In this document: piece after piece, positions 1-9,788 of the stretch
Position numbering within the stretch: the first letter of the stretch is position 1
How the letters are laid out: each line of letters begins with the position of its first letter
NCBI GenBank assembly: GCA_902526795.1
Contig: CABZMF010000001.1
Span: 71,458 to 135,457, forward strand
Length of the DNA stretch: 64,000 nt
Direction of reading: 5' to 3'
DNA from: an uncultured Fidelibacterota bacterium
Lineage (GTDB): Bacteria > Fidelibacterota > Marinisomatia > Marinisomatales > Marinisomataceae
The notes under the pieces: generated by a model
The model's database searches: none
Seen by the model: only the letters and a program-made list of their open reading frames with translations
Told to the model about the DNA's origin: nothing
Translations under genes and position numbers: made by a program

Positions 1-520
1 GATAAATCAATTGTCTATTTTTTAATTGATTTTGTGGTCCAATAAGAACAATATCGATATCCCTATGAATTTTTCTATGTTGAAATCCATCATCTAATAT
101 TATAATGTTACAACCCATTTTAGATAATTTTTTTGCTGCAAAAACTTTATTATTTGAAACAAAAATGGGAATTTCTGAGTGTAAATTATTTTTTAATAAA
201 ACAACCTCGTCTCCACACTCAGTCCAATGTTGATTATCAACTAAAAAACTGTTTGAAGATTTTTTTCTTCCATATCCTCTTGAAACTATACCAACTTTTA
301 AACCTTTTTTTTGTAAGAAGTTTGCGATTGAAATTGTTATTGGGGTTTTACCTGTTCCACCAAGTGAAACATTTCCAACGCTTATTACTTTGGAACTTAT
401 TTTAACTGGTTTAATTACCTTAAAGTCATATAAAAGATTTTTTATTTTTATAAAAAAAAGATGTATTGGAAAAACAAATAAAAATACTGTAACTAGAGAT
501 GTTATAATTTTATTATTCAT
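1..520 (-). CDS. lpxK: Tetraacyldisaccharide 4'-kinase (LpxK), N-terminal ~173 codons; 3' end runs off the left window edge (absent from the ORF track)
   Basis: Own minus-strand translation from ATG 520-518: MNNKIITSLVTVFLFVFPIHLFF...KVISVGNVSLGGTGKTPITISIANFLQKKGLKVGIVSRGYGRK...ILDDGFQHRKIHRD. This gives an N-terminal TM helix, the LpxK P-loop and the DDGFQH motif. The frame stays open to position 1. Confidence 0.85.
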   Translation of the reverse strand, partial: MNNKIITSLVTVFLFVFPIHLFFIKIKNLLYDFKVIKPVKISSKVISVGNVSLGGTGKTPITISIANFLQKKGLKVGIVSRGYGRKKSSNSFLVDNQHWTECGDEVVLLKNNLHSEIPIFVSNNKVFAAKKLSKMGCNIIILDDGFQHRKIHRDIDIVLIGPQNQLKNRQLIY

Positions 521-525
521 AATTT

Positions 526-1155
526 TTATGAATGATAGTCATGTTTTGTAGCAATTTGATCTATTTTATGTAAAGCATTTTCAATTGATTTAGTCCCTTC
601 TTCAATATTTTCATCTTTATCAAAGTATAAAGGCTTTCCAAAAACAACACGCATTTTTGAAAAAGGTTTACTTAAATGAAAAGTATGCCAGTTCTTGAAT
701 TTCCAACTATTTTTAACATCAACAATTACTGGAACAACCGGTCTTTTTGATTGTCTTGATAATAAAAAAGCTCCTGGTTTGACTTTATGCTCGGGTCCTG
801 TAGGTCCATCTGGGGTAATTACAAGCTTTCCTAAGGGGTTTAACTCAAAAAATTCATACATTTTTTCCATAGCTTTTTTTCCTCCACGATTGCTTGATCC
901 CCTGAAAATTTTATAACCAAATTTTTTTGAAATATCAGATATTATGTTTCCATCACTACTTTGGCTGATTAAAACATGATAATTTTTATGTCGGAAATGT
1001 TCCATTACCCCCAAACACTTTCCATGCCACGAAACTAGAACAAAAGAATCAATGTTTTTAATATTTTTTTTACCTATTACTTTGGTTCTATTAAACCTAT
1101 AAGAAATAAATATAATTAAATGGAGCAACTTAGTTTTTATGAAATCTTTAATCAT
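526..1155 (-). CDS. Lysophospholipid acyltransferase-family protein of the DUF374 type (usually linked to Kdo/lipid A genes)
   Basis: 209-aa ORF with SWHGKCLG, SQSSDGNIIS, RGSSNRGGKKA and ITPDGPTGPEHKVKPG motifs as recalled for DUF374. It is wedged between lpxB (8-nt overlap) and lpxK (5-nt gap). Confidence 0.7.
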   Translation of the reverse strand: MIKDFIKTKLLHLIIFISYRFNRTKVIGKKNIKNIDSFVLVSWHGKCLGVMEHFRHKNYHVLISQSSDGNIISDISKKFGYKIFRGSSNRGGKKAMEKMYEFFELNPLGKLVITPDGPTGPEHKVKPGAFLLSRQSKRPVVPVIVDVKNSWKFKNWHTFHLSKPFSKMRVVFGKPLYFDKDENIEEGTKSIENALHKIDQIATKHDYHS

Positions 1156-2251
1156 ATATATACTGTGCAGCTAAATCGTAAGAATTCTTACTATTTTTTA
1201 ATTTACTAATTAGTTTATCATATTTTAAAATTAGATTATCTCTATTTTCTTTTTTTAGTAAAAAGATAACACCTTCAGAAAGATTCTTTTCATTCATATC
1301 ACCCTGAAGGAATTCTTTTACAACTTCTTCTTCAGCTATTAGGTTTGTAAGGGATAGATAATTAACCTTAGATAATAATTTTGCCAAAAACCAAGTTGGC
1401 GGCGAAAGCTTGTAACAAACTATCATTGGACATTTTAGCATTGTAGCTTCTAAAGTTGCAGTTCCTGAACATACAATTGCCGCATCTCCTAAATTAAGGG
1501 CCTCATATTGATTTTCTCTAATTTTAATTAAATCTAAATTAGAGTCTATCGATACATTTTCCCCTTCAAGCAAAATAAAAGATAAATCACTCCTTTTTGA
1601 AATAAGAACCTTTAATGTCTTTTCAAAAACTGGCCAATGTTTTCTTATTTCTGTTGCTCTACTCCCAGGCATGAGAACAATGATTTTATTTTCCTCAGGA
1701 ATATTGTTTTTAATACAAAATCTTTCTCTATCATACTTCTGTTCACTTAGGTTTGAGATTGGATGACCAATGTAATGAACATCCAATCCTTTTTTAGCAA
1801 ACCAAGACTTTTCGAAGGGAATTATGCTAATCAGTTTATTACAAGAATCTTTAAGAACCTTAATTCGAGATTCTTTCCACGCCCAAACCTGTGGTAAAAT
1901 AAAATATGTTATATCAAAATTTAAAGCCTTTAATTTTTTAGCTAATCTTAGGTTAAATCCAGGGTAATCTATCAAGATAACTTTATGCGGACGAATTTTT
2001 TTAATTTCTTCAATAGTTCTATTAAAAATTTTTTTTATTCTTGGATAATGTTTAATTACTTCAAAAATCCCTATTACATTAAGGTTTTTGATGTGTTCTG
2101 TAAGAAATAAGCCAGCTGATTGCATCCTGCTTCCCCCAATTCCAAAAAACTCTGCAGAGGGATTCTCTTTTTTAAGAGATTCTATAAGTTTTGCACCATG
2201 TAAATCTCCTGAATCTTCTCCAGCTATAATAAAAATTTTTTCTTTATTCAT
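1148..2251 (-). CDS. lpxB: Lipid-A-disaccharide synthase
   Basis: 367 aa. N-terminal IFIIAGEDSGDLHGAKLI, then PGSRATEIRKH and CSGTATLEA motifs typical of GT19 LpxB; lipid A gene context. Confidence 0.9.
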   Translation of the reverse strand: MNKEKIFIIAGEDSGDLHGAKLIESLKKENPSAEFFGIGGSRMQSAGLFLTEHIKNLNVIGIFEVIKHYPRIKKIFNRTIEEIKKIRPHKVILIDYPGFNLRLAKKLKALNFDITYFILPQVWAWKESRIKVLKDSCNKLISIIPFEKSWFAKKGLDVHYIGHPISNLSEQKYDRERFCIKNNIPEENKIIVLMPGSRATEIRKHWPVFEKTLKVLISKRSDLSFILLEGENVSIDSNLDLIKIRENQYEALNLGDAAIVCSGTATLEATMLKCPMIVCYKLSPPTWFLAKLLSKVNYLSLTNLIAEEEVVKEFLQGDMNEKNLSEGVIFLLKKENRDNLILKYDKLISKLKNSKNSYDLAAQYIYD

Positions 2252-3227
2252 TTAAAAAAATTTTGTTTTCAATCTCTAATGCTATTTTTAGTGCATTTAG
2301 CCCAGCCTGTCCATCTACTATCGGATTCGATCTTAAATTAATTGATCGTACAAAGTCATTAATTTCTTCTAAAAGTGCATCATTATTTTTAGGTATGAAT
2401 TTTTCATAATAAAGTGTTTTTTCTCCGGATTGGGTTTTAATCAATTGTGTTTTGGCGTCTGAAGAAAATTTATTATTATTTTCGAGCCCATATAATTCAG
2501 TTTGAGGTATCATCAAATCTGTTATGCTATACAGATTTTTTTGGTATGTTTTTATTTTTCGGATATAATTTTGAGCAATTCTACTAGATTTCAAATTGGC
2601 AACTGCACCATTTTCAAATTTGATATGTGCATGGGCGAGATCGATGGTTTCACTCATCATTTTAGCCCCACTTGCACCTATGTTTTGAATTGGGCTATCT
2701 ACCATTTCTAAAATTAAATCTATATCATGAACCATTAAGTCTAGTACTACAGGCACTTCAGTACCCCTAGCCTGAAAAGGTGCTAATCTTTCAATTTCAA
2801 TATAATGTGGTTCCTCAACTAAAGATTTAAGTTCATTAATTACAGGGTTAAATCTTTCAATGTGACCGACCTGTATTATACAATTATTTTTTTCTGCAAG
2901 TTGTATTAATGATAAAGCTTCTTCAACTGTATTTGTCATAGGTTTTTCAATTAAAACATCTTTTCTATTTTCCAAAAATTTTTTGGCAATATCAAAGTGA
3001 GTATTTGTTGGCGTTACAATATGAGCAGCATCACAAACAGATATAAGCTCATCTATATCTTTCAAAGCTTTAACTGAAAACTCTTCACAAACATTATTGA
3101 GGGATTTTGAATTGGTATCAAAAGCCCCAGCAAAATCCACTCCTTTATGGCTTGATAAGTGTTTTACGTGATGTTTGCCCAGATGACCTGTGCCAACTAC
3201 ACCAATTTTAGGTTTTTTTTTGTTCAT
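2244..3227 (-). CDS. Gfo/Idh/MocA-family NAD(P)-dependent oxidoreductase, operonic with lpxB (possible GnnA-like UDP-GlcNAc 3-dehydrogenase)
   Basis: 327 aa. N-terminal Rossmann motif IGVVGTGHLGKHH and the LIEKPM motif of the family; 8-nt overlap with lpxB and 4-nt overlap with ychF. Confidence 0.75.
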   Translation of the reverse strand: MNKKKPKIGVVGTGHLGKHHVKHLSSHKGVDFAGAFDTNSKSLNNVCEEFSVKALKDIDELISVCDAAHIVTPTNTHFDIAKKFLENRKDVLIEKPMTNTVEEALSLIQLAEKNNCIIQVGHIERFNPVINELKSLVEEPHYIEIERLAPFQARGTEVPVVLDLMVHDIDLILEMVDSPIQNIGASGAKMMSETIDLAHAHIKFENGAVANLKSSRIAQNYIRKIKTYQKNLYSITDLMIPQTELYGLENNNKFSSDAKTQLIKTQSGEKTLYYEKFIPKNNDALLEEINDFVRSINLRSNPIVDGQAGLNALKIALEIENKIFLNE

Positions 3228-4315
3228 TGTCCTTTAATGAAGTACGCAATATCTCCTTCTTGCATAATATAGTCTCTTCCAACCATTTTCACTAAGCCCA
3301 TTGTTTTTAATTCATTAATTTTTTCTTTATTATTCATTGCATCTTGATAAGAGTAAATTTCTGCTTTTATAAACTTGGTTGAGAAATCAGTATGAATTTC
3401 ACCAGCAGCTTCAACTGCCTGAGAACCTTTTTTCATAGTCCAAGCTCTAACTTCTTTTTCTCCGCATGTAAAAAAAGTCTCTAAACCCAAAGTTTTATAT
3501 GCCTCTTTAATAAGAGTATCAAGCCCACTTTCTTTTATCCCATAATCTTTAAGCATTAAATTTTTTTCCTCATCATTAAAGTCTGCCATTTCAGACTCAA
3601 GCTTTCCATTAATTTTAATTAATGAGGATTTATTTTTATCTGCAATACTTACTGCCTCTTCAAAAAGTTCAATGTCAATGGATCTTTCACCAATATTAGC
3701 CACATAAATCATTGGCTTATCAGTCAAGAGAAATAGATTTTTAATGACAGGATCCTCCTTTGAATTTCTTTTAAAAGAACGGGCTGCAAAACCGTTGTCC
3801 ATGTGTTCTAAAAGGCTAGTCAAAATAACTTCAGCTAATTTACCTTCTGGTTTATTTGCTTTAATAAGTTTTACATTTTTCTCTAAACTTTTTTCTACTG
3901 TTTTTATATCCGCTAATATTAATTCTGTATTAATAATTTCCATATCTTCAATAGGATCAAATCTGTTCTCTACATGCGTTATATTTTCATCATTAAAAAA
4001 GCGTACTACCTGGATTATTACATTCACAGATCTTATCTGTGATAAAAATTTATTTCCTAAACCTTCTCCTTGGTGGGCATTTTTTACTAAGCCCGCTATG
4101 TCAATAAATTCCACAGTATTATGAATTTTTCTCTTAGGGTTAAATATTTTAGTTAGATTGTTTAGTCTTTCATCTGGAACTTCAACAATGCCAGTATTGG
4201 GTTCTATAGTACAAAAAGGATAATTTTCGGCAGCAATATTATTTTTACTTAAAGCATTGAATAGGGTTGATTTACCCACGTTTGGAAGTCCGACAAATCC
4301 ACAGTTTAAATTCAT
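3224..4315 (-). CDS. ychF: Redox-regulated ribosome-binding ATPase YchF (Obg-like)
   Basis: 363 aa. GLPNVGKSTLFNAL P-loop, PFCTIEPN and DIAGLV motifs, C-terminal TGS-like region (AWTMKKGSQAVEAAGEIHTDF). Confidence 0.95.
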   Translation of the reverse strand: MNLNCGFVGLPNVGKSTLFNALSKNNIAAENYPFCTIEPNTGIVEVPDERLNNLTKIFNPKRKIHNTVEFIDIAGLVKNAHQGEGLGNKFLSQIRSVNVIIQVVRFFNDENITHVENRFDPIEDMEIINTELILADIKTVEKSLEKNVKLIKANKPEGKLAEVILTSLLEHMDNGFAARSFKRNSKEDPVIKNLFLLTDKPMIYVANIGERSIDIELFEEAVSIADKNKSSLIKINGKLESEMADFNDEEKNLMLKDYGIKESGLDTLIKEAYKTLGLETFFTCGEKEVRAWTMKKGSQAVEAAGEIHTDFSTKFIKAEIYSYQDAMNNKEKINELKTMGLVKMVGRDYIMQEGDIAYFIKGQ

Positions 4316-4365
4316 TGTGAGAATATAATACTTAATTGAATGAGTATTTATTAAATTGAAATCTT

Positions 4366-5145
4366 ATGAAAAATAAATGGGCAATAATTTTAGGGTGTTC
4401 AACAGGTCATGGGGCGGCAATAACCAAGCAATTAGCATCAGAAGGCTACGGAATTATTGGTTTTCATCTTGACAGAGGCGCTATAAAAAAAGATGCTATT
4501 AAACTTGAAGAAGAAATTAGCTCTCTGAATGGTTCTAGGGTTAAGTTTTGGAACGAAAATGCTGCAGATAAAGAGGTTATCTTATCAAAAATGGATGACA
4601 TCAATAATTTGGTTAAAGATGGAATGGTTAAACTTTTAATTCATTCCATTGCTTTTGGAAGTACAACAAATTTTTTCGAACCGATCCCTGTAAGACAAAG
4701 ACAAATGGATATGACACAACATGTTATGGCACATTGTTTAATATATTGGACTCAAGCTTTATTAGATAAGTCTTTATTAAAAAAAGGCTCTAGAATTCTT
4801 GGCCTTACAAGTGAGGGTAGTTATAAAGCAATTGAAGGTTATGGCCCAGTAGGAGTTGCTAAAGCATCTATGGAAGCAGTTATAAGACAAATAGGTTGGG
4901 AGCTTGGTAGTAGAGGAATTACAGCTAACACGATTCAAGCAGGAATTACACCCACAAGAGCATTAACAAAAATATCCAAAGATTGGGAGGAGTGGATTGA
5001 AAAAACAAAATTGAGAAACCCAATGAAAAGACTTACGTTACCAGAAGATGTAGCAGGACTTGTTTCTTTGTTGATGAGTGATAAAGCTGATTTTGTTAAC
5101 TGCTCAACAATTTTTTGTGATGGTGGAGAACACCGTTCTTTGTAG
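4366..5145 (+). CDS. SDR-family enoyl-[acyl-carrier-protein] reductase, FabL-like
   Basis: 259 aa SDR fold. The active-site spacing is Y-x6-K (YGPVGVAK), which marks FabI/FabL-type enoyl reductases rather than the classical YxxxK. The C-terminus (VNCSTIFCDGGEH) resembles FabL. Ends with TAG. Confidence 0.55.
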   Translation: MKNKWAIILGCSTGHGAAITKQLASEGYGIIGFHLDRGAIKKDAIKLEEEISSLNGSRVKFWNENAADKEVILSKMDDINNLVKDGMVKLLIHSIAFGSTTNFFEPIPVRQRQMDMTQHVMAHCLIYWTQALLDKSLLKKGSRILGLTSEGSYKAIEGYGPVGVAKASMEAVIRQIGWELGSRGITANTIQAGITPTRALTKISKDWEEWIEKTKLRNPMKRLTLPEDVAGLVSLLMSDKADFVNCSTIFCDGGEHRSL

Positions 5146-5294
5146 AATTTATTTTTTTGAAAAAAGTTCAACAATCAATAATCCCATGCCCTTCTTAAAT
5201 AATAATAAACCATTTACTATTAATTGCATTCCATTCGTTGCGTTTGTCGCTCTTTTCTTTTTTATATCTTGTTGAATTTTTTTAATATTCTTTA

Positions 5295-5840
5295 TCATGA
5301 GATTCCACTTGTGCCTACAAACTTATAATTATCCAATCCAAACATGTGTATTAATTTTTTCCATAAATTTTTCGGAGGAATATTGAAAATTGAATCGCTA
5401 TAATTTTGAATTAACCAATCACCTCTTTCAATTTCACGTTTAAGTTGATCCCTATCCCAAGAAGCATGACCAAAAATCAGTTTTGTATTTTTGGGAGTTT
5501 TTTCACTAAATAAAATTTTTTGTATTAAGCCCAAATCAGTAGATAATTCAATTTTTTCTGAAAAATCATCTGCTTCTCCAGTATTTTTTCGAACAATGCA
5601 TGCCTCGTTTAGATTGACTGGACCCCCAAAATAAATTTTTTTTGATTCATTTAAAATATCCTCAAATATTTTATTTTTAATTCCAGAATTAATAATTTTC
5701 ATTTGACTTATTGGTTTGTTTACAATTATTCCCATTGTACCATTTTTATCATCTTCACAAATGAATATAACGCTTCTAGCGAAGTAGGGATCAACCATAT
5801 TTGGCATTGAAATCAACAATTTGTTTTTTAGATTTTTCAT
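5295..5840 (-). CDS. yqgE: YqgE/AlgH family protein (UPF0301)
   Basis: 181 aa. N-terminal LLISMPNMVDPYFARSVIFICEDDKNGTMGIIVNKP and GGPV motifs typical of the family. Confidence 0.85.
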   Translation of the reverse strand: MKNLKNKLLISMPNMVDPYFARSVIFICEDDKNGTMGIIVNKPISQMKIINSGIKNKIFEDILNESKKIYFGGPVNLNEACIVRKNTGEADDFSEKIELSTDLGLIQKILFSEKTPKNTKLIFGHASWDRDQLKREIERGDWLIQNYSDSIFNIPPKNLWKKLIHMFGLDNYKFVGTSGIS

Positions 5841-5922
5841 TATTTATTTCATAAAACATAAATCCTTTTTTGAATCAATTCCAGAGTTAAGTAACTTATA
5901 AGTCAATTTTTTTGAAAATAAT

Positions 5923-8736
5923 ATGAAAAATAAGCTACAAATAAGAGGAGCAAGACAGCATAATCTCAAAGATATTGCTGTCGATATTGACAAGAATAAG
6001 TTAATTGTAATTACAGGACCTTCAGGTTCCGGTAAATCTTCTTTAGCATTTGATACAATTTATGCTGAAGGACAAAGACGTTATGTGGAATCTTTATCCG
6101 CTTATGCAAGACAGTTTTTAGATTTAATGGAAAAACCTGATGTAGATACAATTGAAGGGTTATCGCCAGCAATATCTATAGAGCAAAAAACAGGATCAAG
6201 AAATCCAAGATCAACAGTTGGGACAATAACAGAAATCCACGACTATTTAAGATTATTATATGCGAGTATTGGACAGCCACATTGCTGGGAATGTTCTAGG
6301 CCTATTACAAGACAATCACCTGAACAAATAGTTGATCAAATTTTAAAATTACATAAAAATGAGAAAGCATATATTTTATCTCCAGTGATTCAGGGTAGAA
6401 AAGGGGAACATAAATCAGTTTTTGAGGACATAAAGAAAAAGGGATTTATTAGAGCTAGGGTAGATTCAAATATAGTTTCTTTAAGAAAACCTCCTTCTCT
6501 TGAAAAAAATAAAACTCACAATATCGATGTACTGATTGATAGGGTCTTGGTTGACAAGCAAATTAAATCCCGATTATTAGAATCTGTGGAATTAGCTTTA
6601 AAAATGGGTAACGGTATTTGTATTATTAATATTAATAATAAGGAAGATTATTTATTTAGTGAACATTTTGCATGTGCGTATCATCCTTATGTAATGATGA
6701 CAGATCTAACTCCACGAATGTTTTCTTTTAATTCTCCGTACGGAGCATGCAAACAATGTGATGGTTTAGGTTTTATTACAGAAATCGATCCAAATCTTGT
6801 TGTACCAAACACAAAAAAGTCTTTGATTCAGGAGGCTATCAAACCGATAGGCAGTCAGCCCAAAGGTTTTCATGGAAGCAAGTTAAGGGCTCTTGCAAGG
6901 GAATTTGACCTATCATTTTCAAAGCCATGGAACAAACTCTCTAAAGAAATTAGAACAATTTTATTATATGGCTTAAGCGGTAAACGAATCAACGTAGATT
7001 ATAATAGTTCTAATTTTTCAGGAACCTATAAAGGAAGGTGGGAAGGTATTATCCCTGAATTACAGCGCAGATATAAGCAAACTCAATCTTATGGAATCAG
7101 AAGATGGATTGAAGGATTTATGAGCACAAGAACTTGTGATTGCTGTAATGGTAAGAGACTTAAAGATTCATCTTTAAGTGTAAAGTTGAACGATACTAAC
7201 ATTGGTGACCTATGCGCAAAAAATATTTCTGAAATACTACAATTTTTTCAAGAATTAGAACTAAGTAAAAGCCAAAAAGATATTGCTGGTGGTATTTTGA
7301 AAGAAATTAAAAAGAGACTCAGCTTTTTAGTTAATGTTGGATTGAACTATTTAACATTAGATCGAGCATCACGAACTTTATCTGGAGGTGAGGCACAAAG
7401 AATAAGACTAGCTTCCCAGGTTGGTTCCCAACTTACTGGAGTTTTATATGTTTTGGATGAGCCTTCCATTGGGTTGCACCCTAGAGATAACGATAGACTG
7501 CTAACTACATTGAAATCGTTAAAAGAAATTGGAAATACGGTTATAGTAGTTGAACATGATCTAGACACAATTGAATCTGCCGATCAAATTATTGATATGG
7601 GCCCAAAAGCAGGTTTAAATGGTGGCGAAGTAGTTTTTTCAGGAAATTTAAAGGATATTATTAGAAACAAAAAAAGTCTTACTGGAAAATATCTTTCTGG
7701 AGAAAAATTTATACCTTTACCGACATTCAGAACTCCCACATTTGATCATTTTTCACTTCTTGGAGCTTCTGGAAATAACTTAAAAAATATTGACGTTAAT
7801 TTTCCATACGAAAGATTTATTGCCATTACAGGTGTGTCAGGAAGTGGTAAGAGCTCACTCATCAATCAAACTTTATACCCAGCTTTATCTAATCTTGTCA
7901 ACTTTGGTGTAAAAGATATGCTTCCCTTTAAAAATCTTGTTAGGACTGATAAAATAGAAAGAGTCATTAATATTGACCAAAAACCAATAGGTAAAACACC
8001 AAGGTCTAATCCAGCAACATACACTGGAATCTTTACGCACATAAGAGATTTATTTGCTCAAACTAGAGAGGCAAAACTTAGGGGCTATAAAATTGGAAGA
8101 TTTTCATTTAATGTAAAAGGAGGACGATGTGAATCTTGTCAAGGGGCTGGAATTATAAAAATAGAAATGAATTTTCTTCCTGATGTTTATGTAAACTGTG
8201 ATGATTGTAATGGGAAAAGATACAACAAAGAAACCCTTCAAATTGAATATAAAGGTAAAAATATTGATGATATATTAAATATGTCTGTCGAACAGGCGCG
8301 AGACTTTTTTAAAAATATTCAACCAATTAAAAAAAGGTTAGATACGCTAAATGACGTAGGTTTGGGATATATAAAATTGGGTCAGCAAGCAACAACATTA
8401 TCTGGGGGCGAGGCACAAAGAGTTAAGCTTTCGACAGAGCTTTCTAAAACAAGTACAAAAAATACAGTTTATTTCCTCGATGAACCCACAACTGGATTAC
8501 ATGTTGATGATATTCAAATGTTGTTATCTGTTTTACAAAAATTAGTTGATCAGGGTAATACAATAATTGTTATTGAACATAACTTGGACGTCATAAAGTG
8601 TGCAGACTGGGTTATTGATCTTGGGCCGGAGGGAGGAGAAGGCGGAGGAAAAATTGTTTCTCAAGGTACGGTGGAAGAAATTTCTAGAGATAAAAATTCA
8701 ATTACGGGTAAATTTCTTAAGAAAGTTATAAAATAA
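5923..8736 (+). CDS. uvrA: Excinuclease ABC subunit A
   Basis: 937 aa. Two ABC ATPase modules (GPSGSGKSSLAFDT and GVSGSGKSSLINQT Walker A; LSGGEAQR signatures twice) plus zinc modules (CKQCDGLG; CESCQGAG...CDDCNGKRY). Confidence 0.97.
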   Translation: MKNKLQIRGARQHNLKDIAVDIDKNKLIVITGPSGSGKSSLAFDTIYAEGQRRYVESLSAYARQFLDLMEKPDVDTIEGLSPAISIEQKTGSRNPRSTVGTITEIHDYLRLLYASIGQPHCWECSRPITRQSPEQIVDQILKLHKNEKAYILSPVIQGRKGEHKSVFEDIKKKGFIRARVDSNIVSLRKPPSLEKNKTHNIDVLIDRVLVDKQIKSRLLESVELALKMGNGICIININNKEDYLFSEHFACAYHPYVMMTDLTPRMFSFNSPYGACKQCDGLGFITEIDPNLVVPNTKKSLIQEAIKPIGSQPKGFHGSKLRALAREFDLSFSKPWNKLSKEIRTILLYGLSGKRINVDYNSSNFSGTYKGRWEGIIPELQRRYKQTQSYGIRRWIEGFMSTRTCDCCNGKRLKDSSLSVKLNDTNIGDLCAKNISEILQFFQELELSKSQKDIAGGILKEIKKRLSFLVNVGLNYLTLDRASRTLSGGEAQRIRLASQVGSQLTGVLYVLDEPSIGLHPRDNDRLLTTLKSLKEIGNTVIVVEHDLDTIESADQIIDMGPKAGLNGGEVVFSGNLKDIIRNKKSLTGKYLSGEKFIPLPTFRTPTFDHFSLLGASGNNLKNIDVNFPYERFIAITGVSGSGKSSLINQTLYPALSNLVNFGVKDMLPFKNLVRTDKIERVINIDQKPIGKTPRSNPATYTGIFTHIRDLFAQTREAKLRGYKIGRFSFNVKGGRCESCQGAGIIKIEMNFLPDVYVNCDDCNGKRYNKETLQIEYKGKNIDDILNMSVEQARDFFKNIQPIKKRLDTLNDVGLGYIKLGQQATTLSGGEAQRVKLSTELSKTSTKNTVYFLDEPTTGLHVDDIQMLLSVLQKLVDQGNTIIVIEHNLDVIKCADWVIDLGPEGGEGGGKIVSQGTVEEISRDKNSITGKFLKKVIK

Positions 8737-8777
8737 TTTTTTGGATAACGACCATTCCGTCTTTATCTTAGTATGTT

Positions 8778-9770
8778 GTGACTGACCAACATAAAATAGT
8801 AGTGTCTTCGACAGAAGAAAAAAATTTTGACAAACAAATAAGACCAGATCTTTTTGAAGACTTCATTGGACAAAAGAAAATTGTTGAATCTTTAAAGACT
8901 TATATAACCGCAGCTAAACAAAGGGAAGAAGCATTAGATCACATTTTATTGTATGGACCTCCTGGGTTAGGAAAAACTACACTTTCCAATATTATTGCTA
9001 AAGAACTTGAAAAAGGATTTTTGTCAACATCTGGCCCCGTTATTACCATACCTGGAGATTTATCAGGAATGCTTACCAATCTACAAGATAGAGATGTTTT
9101 TTTTATAGATGAAATTCATAGGGTGAATACATCTGTTGAAGAATACCTTTATTCAGCAATGGAAGATTTTAAAATTGATATTTTAATTGATTCAGGGCCT
9201 AACGCAAGAACAGTAAGGATCGATTTAGAGCCATTCACTTTAGTAGGTGCAACTACCAGGCTAGGAAATATTTCAACACCTATGCGAGATAGATTCGGTG
9301 CAATTTTTCGATTAGATTTCTATAAAAAAGATGAAATTTTTGAAATTTTAAAAAGAACAGCATCAATTTTGGAAATCAGTATAAATGATGAAGCATTGAT
9401 AGAAATTTCTGGGAGATCCCGCGGTACACCACGTATTGCAAATAGGGTTCTTAAAAGAGTACGGGACTTCGCCCAGGTAAAAAAAATAAAAGAAGTTGGT
9501 CTTGAAGATGCCAAAAGTTCTTTAGATAGTATTGGTATTGATAAAAATGGCTTAGAAAGCATGGATAGAAAGATTTTAGAAAACTTAATTTTAAATTATA
9601 GTGGTGGACCAACTGGAGGTAAATCATTAGCAATATCAATAAATGAGGATATTCAAACAATTGAAGATGTGTATGAGCCTTATTTAATTAAGGAGGGCTT
9701 TATTGAAAGAACCTCAAGAGGAAGAATAGCCACGGAAAAAGCATATGCACTATTTGGTTTAAAGAAATAA
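8778..9770 (+). CDS. ruvB: Holliday junction branch migration helicase RuvB
   Basis: 330 aa, GTG start. RPDLFEDFIGQ, GPPGLGKTTL Walker A, FIDEIHR Walker B, GATTR sensor, SRGTPRIANR. Confidence 0.95.
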   Translation: MTDQHKIVVSSTEEKNFDKQIRPDLFEDFIGQKKIVESLKTYITAAKQREEALDHILLYGPPGLGKTTLSNIIAKELEKGFLSTSGPVITIPGDLSGMLTNLQDRDVFFIDEIHRVNTSVEEYLYSAMEDFKIDILIDSGPNARTVRIDLEPFTLVGATTRLGNISTPMRDRFGAIFRLDFYKKDEIFEILKRTASILEISINDEALIEISGRSRGTPRIANRVLKRVRDFAQVKKIKEVGLEDAKSSLDSIGIDKNGLESMDRKILENLILNYSGGPTGGKSLAISINEDIQTIEDVYEPYLIKEGFIERTSRGRIATEKAYALFGLKK

Positions 9771-9788
9771 AGAGCCGAGGAGAAAATA

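Noticed and set aside
133-405. Track ORF of 90 aa on the plus strand
   Set aside because: Low-complexity L/F/K-rich translation with no motifs. It lies entirely antisense to a well-supported lpxK reading frame (P-loop GGTGKTP, DDGFQH) that the track missed because it runs off the window edge.
6667-6768. UvrA zinc module with CxxH instead of CxxC (FACAYH... versus E. coli FACPIC...) as further evidence for zinc sparing
   Set aside because: His is still a competent zinc ligand, and the partner CKQC and the C-terminal CxxC...CxxC module are intact. UvrA therefore appears to keep its zinc sites and does not support a global loss pattern.
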